A stretch of DNA of 64,000 bases, taken from Ptychomitrium polyphyllum. Its lineage: Eukaryota. The stretch is taken from NCBI GenBank assembly GCA_973851085.1, contig OZ316776.1, positions 7,378,001 to 7,442,000 of the forward strand, in the 5' to 3' direction. The stretch's first letter is position 1. Each line of letters begins with the position of its first letter. Position numbers and translations under genes: made by a program. Positions 13,715 to 26,161 of this stretch are shown here, piece by piece. The notes beneath the pieces are model-generated. The model was given only the letters and a program-made list of their open reading frames with translations, had not been told where the DNA came from and searched no databases.

Positions 13715-14734
13715 ATGGATAACGTGCCTGGAACATTAGAGACTAAGTTTGCAACTATTGCAGACCTTCAAGAATTATTAACTATAGTTCAAACAAAACT
13801 TGCTCGTTTCAACACCACTAACAATTTGGAGCAACACACTCGGCAAGCTGAAGAATCCAATGGTGATATTCAAAGCCTATATCAAGAAGTTGTTCAATTG
13901 CGAGAGGCCCTTAATAAAAGAGAAAGTTTACGTCAAACCCATGCAGAGCCACAGATTAGCATGCCAGACAAGTTCAATGGATTAAGATCAAAATTGAGAG
14001 GCTTTGATCAACAAGTAAGGCTCTTCTTTAGTTTGTATCAATCTTGCTATTTTGATGGCACAACTTTAGTTGGATTTGTAGCCATTCTTTTATCAAACAA
14101 TGCACTATCGTGGTTTGCACCATTACTGGAGAAGCAGTCATCATTATTGAACAACTTAAATGCTTTTATAGAAGCATCGACATCTACTTTTGGAGACACC
14201 GACCAAGACAGGATAGTTGAAACAAGGATTCAAAATCTACAACAAGGACAACGCTCAGCTGCTACATATGCTGCAGAGTTTCGACAATTAGCTTGCGACC
14301 TTGATTAGAATGATAAAGCCTTGGTTACACGATTTCGATGGGGCTTAAGAGAGAATGTAAAGGACTTGCTATTCACAATGCCAAGAGTTGAAACATTGGA
14401 CGAATTCATCACTCAGGCAATAGCATGAGACAACAGACTATTTGAAAGGCGCCAAGAACAACGCTTGGGATGGCGACCAGTACATCAAAGCATGGCTACC
14501 ACTTCTTCAAGAATATTGGAAAGCCAACCACAAAGACCAGAACCTATGCAAATTGATGTTGCCCAGTTCAGACGTTTGACTCTAGAAGAAAAAGAAAGGC
14601 GTCGAAGAAAAAACCTATGCTTGTATTGTGGCAAGTCTAGACATAAAGTGCGCAATTGCCAAATTAAAGGATCTGCCTTTAAGGCTCAAAGCACAATGGT
14701 GGAGTTGGAAAATGAGGATGTCTATTCACAGTAG
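13715..14734 (+). pseudogene. gag: gag with in-frame stops
   Basis: PDKFNGLRSK...ALSWF...YAAEFRQLACDLD*ND..., then PEPMQID and the zinc knuckle, all in one frame interrupted by stops. Confidence 0.9.
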
Positions 14735-14739
14735 GGACC

Positions 14740-17700
14740 ATGCGACTGGACACCACAAGGAAACGACCATCAAATCAAGGTCTCTTACTACCTTCAAGCC
14801 CTATCGCTTGCTTTATATTTCTTATCAAAATTAAATTGTTAGATGATGAAATAATTAATGAGGCTCTACTAGACACTAGTGCAACGGCATATTTTATGGA
14901 GAAGGATTTTGTAATGAAACATTACATGGTGCTTGTGAAGAAAAAACATCCCGCACCTGTTGAAGTTATTGATGGACGATCTCTTGCGTCTGGCAACGTT
15001 ATTGAAGAAACTCAACCATTGGAGGTTGTTTTAGGAGACCAGGCATTTAAAATTGTCTTTAACATCATTCAATGGCAAACAAATCTTATTGTTTTGGGCC
15101 TTCCTTGATTTGAATTACATAATCCAGACATTAATTGGCGCTCACGGAGTGTGATTTCAAGGAAGAGACGTCAAGGTACAAGAAATCTTGGACCATCATT
15201 TATTGGAGCTAAGGCATTTATAAGAGCGAGAAAGAATGAACCAGTTTATGCCATTTATGCCACACCAATGTCTAGCTCTATAATAGAGACTAACCAAAAC
15301 ATACCTTGTCAATATCAAGATTATAAAGACGTTTTTGAAAAGAAGAATGCAGACATGTTACCAAAGCGCCGGCCTTACGATTGTACCATTGAGTTGCAAG
15401 AAGGAGCCCAACCACCTTTTGGACCTATTTATAACTTATCACAAACTGAGTTGGCTGTCTTGAGAGAATATATTGATGAAAACCTTGGAAAGGGTTTCAT
15501 TCAACACTCTAAATCACCTGCTAGAGCACCCATTCTATTTGTAAAGAAGAAAGATGGATCATTACATATGTGCGTGGACTATTGAGGCCTCAATAAAGTA
15601 ACAAAAAAGAATCGCTATCCATTACCATTAATTTCAGGACTCCTACAGCAACTTAGCCAAGTAAAGATATTCACCAAAATTCATCTTAGAAGAGCCTATA
15701 ATCTTGTACGCATCAAAAAAGGAGACGAATGGAAGACATCTTTTTGATTTAAGTATGGTCATTTTGAGTACTATGTCATATTTTTTGGCCTTACTAATGC
15801 CCCTGCAGTCTTCCAACATATGATGAATGATATCTTCCATGAACATTTGGACGATTTTGTAGTCATCTACTTAGATGACATTTTGATATATTCAAAGGAT
15901 GAACAAGACCACGTATGTCATGTGCGACTGGTCTTAGAAAAACTACGCCAGCGAGGATTATATGCCAAATTGGAGAAGTGCCTTTTCCATGAATCGTCGG
16001 TTGAATTTTTAGGCTACATCATTTCCAAAGGAGGAATCCATATGGATAAGAAAAAAATAAGCACTGTCATGGAGTGGAGTACGCCAAGATCAATTTGAGA
16101 TGTTCAATGCTTCTTGGAATTTGCAAATTTCTACAGAATATTCATCAAGAATTATTTCAAGATTGCGGCACTATTAACACATCTTACGGAGAAGCAAAAA
16201 TTCATTTGGGATGAAGAGGTGGAAAAAGCATTTCAAGGTCTTAAAAAATCATTCACGTCGGCTCCAATTCTTATTCATCCAAATCCATCAAAGTCTTTTT
16301 ATTTGGAAGCAGATGCCTCAGATTTTACGCTTGGCTCAGTATTCTCACAATATGATGAAGACAGGAGACTTCACCCTCTTGCCTTTTGTTTAAGGAAGTT
16401 CTCAGCGGTAGAGATCAACTATGATATACATGATAAAGAACTACTTGCAATTGTGGATGCATCTAAAGAATGGCGACACTTGTTGGAAGGAGCTCAACAT
16501 ACCATCACGATATACACAGACCACAGGAACTTGGAGTACTTCATGAGTGCGCGCGTTCTGAATCACCGTCAAGCAAGATGGAGTATGTCGCTTTCCATAT
16601 TTGACTTTGTCATTATCTATCAACCTAATAGCCTACAAGATAAGTCAGATGCCTTATCTCAAAGATTTTATTTAGCTCCTCAACCTAGAGATGATGTTTT
16701 GAATCAACAAAAGACTATTTTATTGAAGCTTAAAAATCTTCAATTGAAAGCAGCCATTATTACGACAACATCCCATTTTGACAAAATTCGGAAGGCTTTA
16801 AAGAATGACGTTTTTGTTTCAAATATAAAAAAGCGCCTCAAAGACAATGGAAATCCTTCAAATAGCGATGAGGATTTTGAATTCCAAGAAGGCATACTTT
16901 ATTATAAAGAACTTTTGTACGTACCTCCAGGCCCTTTGCGGTTAAAGATCCTTCAAGCACGTCATGATTTTCCAGCAGCAGAACATTTTGGATTCAATAA
17001 AACAATGGAATTGATTGTTAGAGACTATTGGTGGCCACAAATGTGGAAGTACGTAAAGGACTTTATTTGATCATGCAACACTTGTGCAAGAGCCAAGGTA
17101 GCAAGGCACCAATCTCATGGTTTCCTCCATCCGCTTCCAGTGCCAAGGGGCCCATGGTTGTCTTTATCAATGGATTTTATCACGGACCTTCCAAATTTCG
17201 ATTCTAAGGATTCTATTTTGGTAGTGGTGGATCGATTTACAAAAATGGCACATTTCATTCTTTGCAATAAGACACTAACGGGAGAAGAAACTGCCAAGTT
17301 GTTCCTAAATCACATCTACCGCATACATGGACTACCAGATGATATTGTATCTGATCGAGGGCCGCAGTTCATTTCCAACTTTTGGAGGGCTCTATTCTAG
17401 CTGTTGCGTGTAAAGATCAATCTTTCTTCAGCACACCATCCACAAACTGATGGCCAAACCAAACGCGTGAATCAAATTTTGGAGCAGTACCTTCGTTGTA
17501 GCATAAACTACCAGCAAGACAACTGGATGGACCTCTTGCCTTTGGCAGAATTTGCTTACAATTATACGGTGCATTTTTCAACAACTCAAAGTCCATTCTT
17601 TACAAACTATGGCCATCATCCTCGAGCAGATCCATTTCAAGTGAAGCATGTTGGAAGTCCTGCAACGGAGGATTTTGCAACTCAACTTGCTAAAATCCAT

Positions 17701-18219
17701 CAAGAAATTACCTTCCAGTTATAACAAGCTCAAGATTGTTACAAAACTTATGCAGATTGCCATCGGAAGGATCATCCAAAGTTCAAGCTTGGAGATAGCG
17801 TATGGCTCCTACGACGAAATATACAGACAAAAAGACCATCAAAGAAGTTGGACTATCAAAGGCCGGGACCGTTTGAAATTAGCAAACAAATAAATCCGGT
17901 TAGTTATCGCCTAAAGCTACCACCAAGCATGCAAATTCATCTAGTATTCCATGTATCGTTGTTGGAAACTTATAACAAATCATGTATACTAGAGAGAATT
18001 GTCTCTCCGCCTCCTCCGTTGGAAATCAATAATGAAATTGAATATGAAGTGGAAGATATTTTAGATTCATGCATCAAGAACGGACGTATGGAATATCTTA
18101 TACATTAACAAGGATATGGCATCAATGACCGAACATAGGAACCTTCAACGAATGTAATAAATGCATACGAGAAGGTACGTGAATTTCATCAAAGATATCC
18201 TCAAAAACCAGGTCAGTGA
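14740..18219 (+). pseudogene. pol: pol (PR-RT-RH-IN-chromodomain) with multiple nonsense codons
   Basis: The ORF pieces starting at 14740, 15151, 15820, 16114, 17140, 17404 and 17848 share one frame (-1 relative to gag) and are separated by stop codons. The natural end is ...FHQRYPQKPGQ* at 18219. Confidence 0.93.
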
Positions 18220-18359
18220 TAATGTGTCATCAGCAGCCGTTAGTTTCACAAAGAAGTTTTTCCTTCATAGATAAGTATACAAAAGGAGGAGCTATATCCA
18301 AATCTCCAAGTGTATGTAGTATTATTTCCAAGATAGATCATTTCTAGATCCTAGCCAGT

Positions 18360-18761
18360 ATGTCAAATCTTTATGTTATCATAGATATGCGTGAAGAGCA
18401 GTCGGCCATGCCTTCATCAACAACAGCATCTGTTGAGCCAACTCAACTTTCTCAGCCCTCGGTAACGGAGGATCTAAGTCAAGATATGAGAGGGACATCC
18501 CAACGTCGAGTACGACCTCGTGCAGAAGTATTGACTAGTCGCCCTTCACATTCCAGTCTTGATTTAGATGCTCGCGCTCTAGTCATCTTGTTAGAAATTG
18601 GAAGACTCATTGCTAGAGGATCCGAGATCATGTTTGAAGGATGTTTTGAAGGACCAAATGAAGATCAAATCTTGAGATGGGACATTTCAACAACAGAAAT
18701 CTTGGCTAGTAGTCATTGGCATTTCTTGCAAGGACCAGTTGAACCAATGAATAAAGAATAA
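18360..18761 (+). CDS. Extra ORF of unknown function between pol and the 3' LTR (133 aa)
   Basis: Uninterrupted ORF inside the element, with a Ser/Thr-rich N-terminus and a hydrophobic ALVILLEIG stretch. No family recognised. Confidence 0.35.
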   Translation: MSNLYVIIDMREEQSAMPSSTTASVEPTQLSQPSVTEDLSQDMRGTSQRRVRPRAEVLTSRPSHSSLDLDARALVILLEIGRLIARGSEIMFEGCFEGPNEDQILRWDISTTEILASSHWHFLQGPVEPMNKE

Positions 18762-18872
18762 CAAGCAGAGCATGTTGCTTCACTCCTTCGACAAATTTTA
18801 GAATTTGTAGAAATGTAACAAACAAGCCATGAAAAGAACTCTTCATGGGACTCGTCGTTAAATGGGAAGTGA

Positions 18873-19578
18873 TGTCACGGACATAGATCATGCAACATAG
18901 TCCTTAGAACATTCTAGAACCTTCTAGTATACTATAATAGCTTCTTAGAATACTTTTAGATGTCTCCATAGTCTTTCCATGTTCTTAGGAAGCTTCCTAG
19001 GAAAGTCCCTCCACTTTAGGAAACTTCCTAAGAAGGTTCTAGCATCTTAGATAACCTTATAGGAAGGTTCTAGCATCTTAGGTAACTTCCTAGGAAACTT
19101 CCTAAGAGGATTCAATCATCTTCGGAAATTTCCAAGGAAGGTTCCATCATCTTAGAAAACTTCCTAGGAAGGTTCCACTGCCTTAGGAAATTTCCAAGGA
19201 AGGTTCCATCATCTTAGGAAACTTCCTAGGAAGGTTCTACCTTTTATGGAAACTTCCAAGGAAGGTTCCAACTCCTTGGAAGACTCTGAGGAAGGTTCCA
19301 ACATCTTAGGAAACTTCTTGGGAAGGTTCTCTAGACTTCCAGAACATTCTTAAGCCTTGTAGAAAACTACTTTAGAGGTATCCTAGGAGATACAAACGTC
19401 ATAATATAAATAAGAGGCAAGACAAATTATTCCTTAGTCTTGCCAACACAAGTTGTGGATCATCTTGAATCTTGCCTCCTTCTAGTCTTTGTATCAAGTT
19501 CTTGTTAATCATTAGCTCTTTGGAAGCTAATTCTTGGAAACACTTCGTTTCTGCTTCTTGTTTCTTGTGTCCCTAATA
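18873..19578 (+). repeat. 3' LTR (about 706 bp)
   Basis: Starts TGTCACGGACATAGATCATGC as the 5' LTR does and ends ...ccctaata. It carries more tandem-repeat copies than the 5' LTR. Confidence 0.9.
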
Positions 19579-20958
19579 GTCTAGCTCAAACCCTATGGCC
19601 CTATCTTTGTACTTTGTTATAGTTCTTTACTTCTAATGTACCTTGGACATATCTTATGTTACATCTTGAAATCCTAAAGCGTTGTCTTGTCGTTACTTTG
19701 TTTGTAACAATTTAAAAATTAGTTTTGGATGTACTACTTAACTTCTACTATATCTACAAATATTTTGCACAATTAAAATAATGTAATTTGTTACTTTTAC
19801 ATTGTATAGAATCAAATATGTGCCGATAAATTCTATTTTAGTTTATCAATAATGATATAAATATACATTGTATATCTTTGAGAATTATTATCTTTAATTA
19901 TTATAACCTATTTGAAAAGCATATGTTTGTATTATTTTAGAAATTATACTACAACACTATTATTTTCACACATGTGAGTAAGAAAATTTATCTTCTACAC
20001 TTCAAAATTTAAATACAACTTTTGAAAATAGAAAATCTCTATATTCACATTAATTCCTTAATGGATAATATTTTTTTTTCTCTTAATACTTTAGTACTTA
20101 AGCTAAACAAAATGATAGCATTCCAATTCTCCATAATTGAAAACGTTTATTTTCAATATGAATCTAAACCATTCAATGTTATAAAGCAAATTTTTTCTTA
20201 TTGATATACAACAGAATTTCTTTCTAAAAGTTTCTAATTACTTATTTGGGTATAATGGAATATGGAAATGAACACCTTACTCTACGTGGGCAGTTCAATG
20301 GTAATCCTTATTCTCTAATGAAGCATTTACATCACCTATCTGCGTCAGAGATTGTATCAGCTTTAAGCTGCATCCACAAATAAAATTTTTAATCCTGAAA
20401 TACTATACAAGAACTACACAATTTTGTCTCGTACAACTACAAGTCAGCGGAGCGCCTGTGGCGCAAAGCGTCTTAAGTACAGCGAGTTGTCTGCTAAATG
20501 TTGAACTGTTCAAGTAAACCAAACACTGTTAGAACTTCATTCTTCAAGAATATTCTTCCCATGCCGCAGATACCTTACCCAATACACGTTTGCACGTCAG
20601 GTGATATTTGGGTTGGTGTGAATGGGCCATGAAGACCATCTTAGTGGACCGTCCAGTTACAGAACAAAGGGCTTAATGGAGTTTCATATATGTACTATTC
20701 CAGATTGATATCGATGTGATACCTAGGTTGTACTGCTGCAATAACCTCATAATACCAGGGGATTCTTGTGGAACGGAAAAGGATGCTGCAATGGTCGGGG
20801 AGAGTTTCGTTGATACTCGTAAGATATTTGTACTATACCCTGGAGATTCCAGATCGATACTGATGTGATACTGTGGCACTCATCGTACAGGATATTGAAA
20901 AGAGTGCTACGAAGTTGTAAACCTGTCGGAGCTCGTGTTTTGGTTGCCTTCCGTGGCT

Positions 20959-23900
20959 ATGGCGGTAGCTTCGCAAGAGCGCTTCGCCGGCGCTAGTTGG
21001 AGCAAGAAGCGTGCGAGAGGGATGGACGAAGCTGGAGGACTTACGAAAGACGCGAAGGAAGGCGGAGCGGTGGTGCAGGTGAGCGGAATTGCGAACGAGA
21101 ATGGCAAGAGCGGTTTCTCCCTGAGGAAGTTGTTCCGGACCTTGTCCTGCTTCCATCAGCCAATTACGGTGGACGAAGGCGATGCGGTTTCGAAGCTTGT
21201 TACGATCGGGGATGGTGCTGAGGATTTCGGCAGCCCAGGGCCGTGGCATCTGAAGAAAGGCGGGCTGTGCGATGAGGTCGGTTTCGAGGATGGCGCCATG
21301 GACTTGGCGGACGAGTATCAGGCGCGGGACGTTGAAGAGATTTTCCTCTCGGCTAGGGAAGACGTCGAAGGTGAATTTCGATTGTTTGAACGGCGTTTTT
21401 GATGTTTTTAGCGTGCACACTGTCGTTGATGGAATCCCTCGTTGGTTGATCGCCTCGTGATATCAGTCTCGCGGTTATTTGAGATCGCAGGGATGTTTGG
21501 TCCCGAACATCGTGCATGCGTAGTGGTTTTCTTGTTGTGGAGATAGGCTGTCGTTCCTGTGGTGGACACTGCGTTAAAGCCTCGCGGAAATTCTCGTGAT
21601 TTGGTTGAGACTGCGCATAGCTCTCGGCGTGTGATGGTTGCACTAATGTGTGAAATCGGCAAACACTATAGTGCGCATGTATTAATGCGTGGTGATCAAT
21701 TCCTGTATGCATGCTTGATTATTTTGAGCAACTTTTTCACCTTTCGTTCGATTCTTTTGGAACAATTGATCAATGCGATGATTTCGAATTTGACCGGTTG
21801 AGATTGAGAATGTGAGGATGATCATTTCGGAGCCTATGCATGCACGTATTTATTTCTTCAGGGTTGTTCTCTCCAGGTATTCTCTCTCCTCATAGGATCA
21901 TACGTACGTTAGGAAGCAGTCATCTTTTTGAGTTTCAATGCTCTCTGGCAAGTATCTACGGGTTTGGTCTTCATAATCAGTGATACTGATAAAGCACTGA
22001 CTGCCTCTTATTTCGCCTGCGAAAGTGAGTTTGGTTAATGGATTTTTTGCGAGGATAATTGAGGACCGCTTTAAAAGGCAGTTGCCATCTCATCTGCACG
22101 ATGAAAGCCTGGAAAAGTTTTGGCACTTGTTGGTTGAGAAACAACATTGGTTTTTTTGAGCAGGAGATAGTGATGAATGCGGTCTGTGTCACATATCGAA
22201 AGCAGAGGATCCGTTTATTACAAGCTGCGGTCATCAATTCTGTCGCAGCTGTATTAGTGGGCACGTCTCTGATACCGTGCAAGAACTCGAAAATCCTACT
22301 ATTGAAGCTCTTTTTACTCGTTCCCGCTGTCCCAAGTCCAGGTACACTCATCGTGCACTGCTTTGAGTTGCATTTATTTCTGTGTAGTGAAGGAGTTTAC
22401 TTTTTCTTTTATTGCACTTGACAGCGTCGTCACTTATTTCCGTTTTGTTGATATAATACTGAAGAACTTGGTCATGACTTTGTCAAGTGAGTTATCTTTG
22501 TCAATCATAGAGTTGTAATAGAATTATCTAATTGACTTGGGCTTAGCATGTAGTGTTCAGAACGTACAGGACCGAATGTAAAACACTAATTATGTTTCCG
22601 TAAAGTATTACATCTTTGGCCGTGGGCAAGGTACTGTTCAGATGAATATATGGCTCTTTCTTATGACTGGCAAGTAGGATTTTCTTTACAAAACTTTTCA
22701 GTGAGATAATATTCTGTTGAGAAAGAGGCACCACCTAGATTGACATTAGGGGAAGGACAATGCTTATTAACAACATTTGTGATTTCGTACTCTGGACAGA
22801 TGCTCAGATGAGTTATGTTGGAAGGACTTGGTGGAGCTTCTCGGCGACAACAGAGTACGATCCTACGGAAGATGGTTTGTTTTGAACTGCGGCAAATATT
22901 TTGCGCCCCTCATAAGGTTGACAACACCTCAAGAAAATCGTATGCGTTGTTGGAATCTAAAATGCGACCAGAAGAAGTCAAATGCAATTCTTTTCGCAAA
23001 CATGAAAGACTTGCTCATACCAGAAGGTAAATATTCTTTACAATTTAATTGATCGAAAACGATGATAATCTGCTTCCTTTGAAAGTCTGTTGATGATAAT
23101 TAGTATGTTTTGCAGTGATCAAAGTGTTCGAGATGCACTCTATTTTATTGGTTACTCCCTTTCCCGATCATTGAAAGAAATTTTTTTATAGCGGCATTTG
23201 ATATATGAGGCCTTGATTAGCCTACTTTTCTGCTTATGCTGTAATAGAACAATCTAATTTATTACTTTTTAAAACAAGAAGCGTTAAACTGATGCATGTG
23301 AGATTATCTTTGCATTCAGGTGGATACAGTGAAGAAGGAAGCAAGGTATTCTGGTCGTGCACAAGTTGTGATGCCGTATGGTGTGCTTTTTGTGGGAAGC
23401 ACATGCCAGCGGCTCGAAGCAAAAGTGATCGACACAAAATGCATATGCAATGTAAGGGGCAATGGAAGTTTATGGTCTACAGATGCATGGTGGATCTCGA
23501 CGAAGCTTGTAGAATCCTTACACAGGGCCGTCAGGTGACGCAAGTTTCTACTTTGTCAATTTTAAGGGTGGTGTTGTTTTATCAAGCTACCGTATACTCC
23601 TAGCTTAACGTACTTCACCGCTGTCTGAATTCATCGCCTCTGTCTGTTGTCTGCTGTATTTTTCTCTTTAGTTTTTATTTATATGAACTTGTGATACCTT
23701 AGGCTCCTACGTGTTGGTAGTTTCTTTGTGCGGATATGTTGCGCTCGATTCCGTTTGATCTTGAGTTCGTTAATAACGTCCCACTAATTTTTAAGGGAAT
23801 AGATGCTGCACTATAATTTTGTTTCTTGGACCGCTTGCTCTGGGAGCGATTTAGAACATTTATGCAAAGAGTAGGTTTACAGAGACGATTTTGGAGCTGT

Positions 23901-26161
23901 TTTGAACGATTTAAATGCCTGAACCTGCGGGGATTCTTTTTTAATTTAATGTAGCTAGGAAGGGGCTTAAAAGTGAACATAGTTTTGACTTTATTAGACG
24001 AATCATGTCCTCAGGGATATCTAAATGGCTTTGTCTTCTTACTTCATGACATTAAGTAACAGTTTTCGCAGCTTACATCAGACCGCAAGACTTCATCGAA
24101 GTCCAGTAATTCAACAATCTGGGCAGCTGGAACAGGTACTCTCCCTTTTGATCCTTGAAGCTAATTAACAACTGGAGCGTCTCTCAATGTGCTTCCTGTG
24201 TAGGTTCATATCATTTTCTCACCAGCTATTTTTCTGTGTCAATTTCTTGCACCAGGTTACGGTGGAGATATCGTAGAAAATAAGAAAACAACCGAGAGCA
24301 TGCTGCTCGCAGCTAAGATTAAGGAGCTGGAACTTGATACCAGAGTTGCAGTTGCATTTAACTACCTATCTACTGCTTTGGATGCAAGAGGCTCCTTGTT
24401 CATCTTACCTGCAGAAATATGTGTGATGCTTGGTTGGGGGAATACTTTGAAGAGTTTGCTCTGCCAGTTGGCTACCAACGATTCCATGCTAGATATCTCA
24501 GCGAGGAGAAATCTCTATAGTAAAATGGTTAGTTTTACTGTATTTGGAACGGAAAATATGACTACTGCAATTTTTATGTTTATTTCGTTTTAATTTAATT
24601 CTATCCATTTTTTAAAATGTTTTTGTTTGGTCGAGTGAGTCATCTACTAATTAAAACAAGTCAATGCAGATTGCTTTGTTGAAAGCAATTAAGCTTCACA
24701 AGGAACTGGAACACATTATACTGGACGCTGGCCTTCACAAAGATCAGGGAGTTTGGATGGGTCACCGTTCAGCTCTATTGCCTGAAAAAATCAATAGTTT
24801 GAAAATCAATGGCGATGAGGTAACTGAGGACACGGAGAATACTCTGGTCAAGAAGATGCAAAACATTTACAAGCAGGCAAAGGTAATATTAATTCAATCT
24901 TAGAGAGGGCATGTCGATTGGTGATTTAGAAAAATATATCCAGTTTTTCCCAAAAACAGATCTTCAATCTTTATTGTTTGGAATTTTGTGGTACAGGTCA
25001 TGGTACAGCGTTCCAAAGCCAATGAAACAACTGATGCAGCTGCTAAAATGGATATCAATCTTGCCATGAACATATGTGAGTGTTATGAATTACTTCTTGA
25101 GCCAAATGCAGCTGTGCTTTCGGAGTCCCTGGCACTGGAAAGTGACACGGTTTCTACTAACACTGAAGATAAAGGTGGAGATTTAAAGCTTAAGCAACAA
25201 GTTGCAATCTATAAAGAGAAACTCAAAGAATTACAATTTCAAGAGGTTCAAATGGTGGATGAGAATGGACAATACAGGCACCATTATAGAGATCAAATTG
25301 CAGGAAAAGCATCACAAGCTACGGTTATTGATAAGAGAGGGGTTCATAACCAAAGGCGCATGCTACATATAGTCAAGGAGGTTTCGTCATTATCCACAAC
25401 ATTACCTTTGGAGTGGGAATCTGGAATTCATCTTTGTGTAGACCAACATCGAATGGATGTCTTGCGAGCTTTGATCATAGGCCCAAGTGGTACTCCATAT
25501 CAAAATGGAATCTTCCTCTTTGACATATTTCTTCCTCCTGGTAAGACAATATTCCTATAAGCAAAATGTCACTGATGATTTCTTGTATAGCCATTTTAAA
25601 AGAAGTCTAATTTCTTATACAACTATTCAAAAGTGGTTACATTTAAACTGATGAGTTATTCTTTTGTTCTTTGTAGATTATCCTCAAGTTCCACCATTTG
25701 TGCATTTTTTGACAACCGGAGGTGGCAAAGTGCGGTTCAATCCAAATCTTTATAATACAGGGAAGATTTGTTTAAGTTTATTGGGTACATGGAGTGGACC
25801 TGGTTGGACTTCGGGAAAATCCACACTTCTACAAGTTTTGGTTTCTATTCAATCACTCATATTTGTACAAGATCCATATTACAATGAACCAGGATATGAG
25901 AAAAAGAAGAGTACAGATCAAGCTGAGAAAGAAAACATGCGTCATCGTGAACATACTCTCTCATTGGCTATCTTAGCTCCCTTGCAAAAGCCGGATTCTA
26001 TGTTTACTGATCTCATTTGTGAGCATTTCAGGCATAAGCGAGAAGAGGTGGAACAACAATGTGATGAATGGTTGAATTTGATGACAGATATCACAGCCAA
26101 ACAACGCATGGGCTCTTTTGTAAAAGATATAAAAACTGAGTTTCAAAAGCTTTTTAATTGA
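20959..26161 (+). CDS. RING-HC + IBR-like zinc-finger protein fused to a BIRC6/BRUCE-type ubiquitin-conjugating (UBC/E2) domain, 9 exons
   Basis: Phase-compatible GT-AG exons at about 20959-21370, 22164-22341, 22800-23026, 23320-23534, 24072-24135, 24257-24527, 24670-24882, 24997-25540 and 25677-26161. The UBC domain reads [25 protein letters not shown]...[23 protein letters not shown], with the catalytic Cys present. A BIRC6-like WAAGTGYG motif lies upstream. The start codon is uncertain. Confidence 0.85.

Larger units (their letters stand above)
12927..19578 (+). mobile_element. Ty3/Gypsy chromovirus LTR retrotransposon (Tcn1-like), full length but inactivated
   Basis: LTRs at 12927-13478 (TGTCAC...TAACA) and 18873-19578. 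Gag has a CX2CX4HX4C knuckle (CLYCGKSRHKVRNC). Pol carries protease (ALLDTSAT), RT (YLDDILIYS), RNase H (LEADASDF...DKELLAIV), integrase (SMDFITDLP...SDRGPQF...HPQTDGQ) and a chromodomain (EYEVEDILD). A purine-rich tract precedes the 3' LTR. Confidence 0.95.
12169..19709 (+). mobile_element. Older, mostly deleted outer LTR retroelement: 5' LTR about 12169-12587, leader and gag-start remnant to 12926, 3' LTR tail 19579-19709
   Basis: 19579-19709 (gtctagctcaaaccc...tgtaaca) is a diverged direct copy of 12457-12587. A PBS-like taatatcagggc lies at about 12611. The flanking 5-mers ATCTA and ATTTA resemble a target-site duplication. Confidence 0.6.

Noticed and set aside
12927..19578. Regularly spaced ~31-bp repeats as a possible CRISPR-like array
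   Set aside because: They are head-to-tail units inside LTRs, with no unique spacers and no cas genes, in a eukaryotic context.
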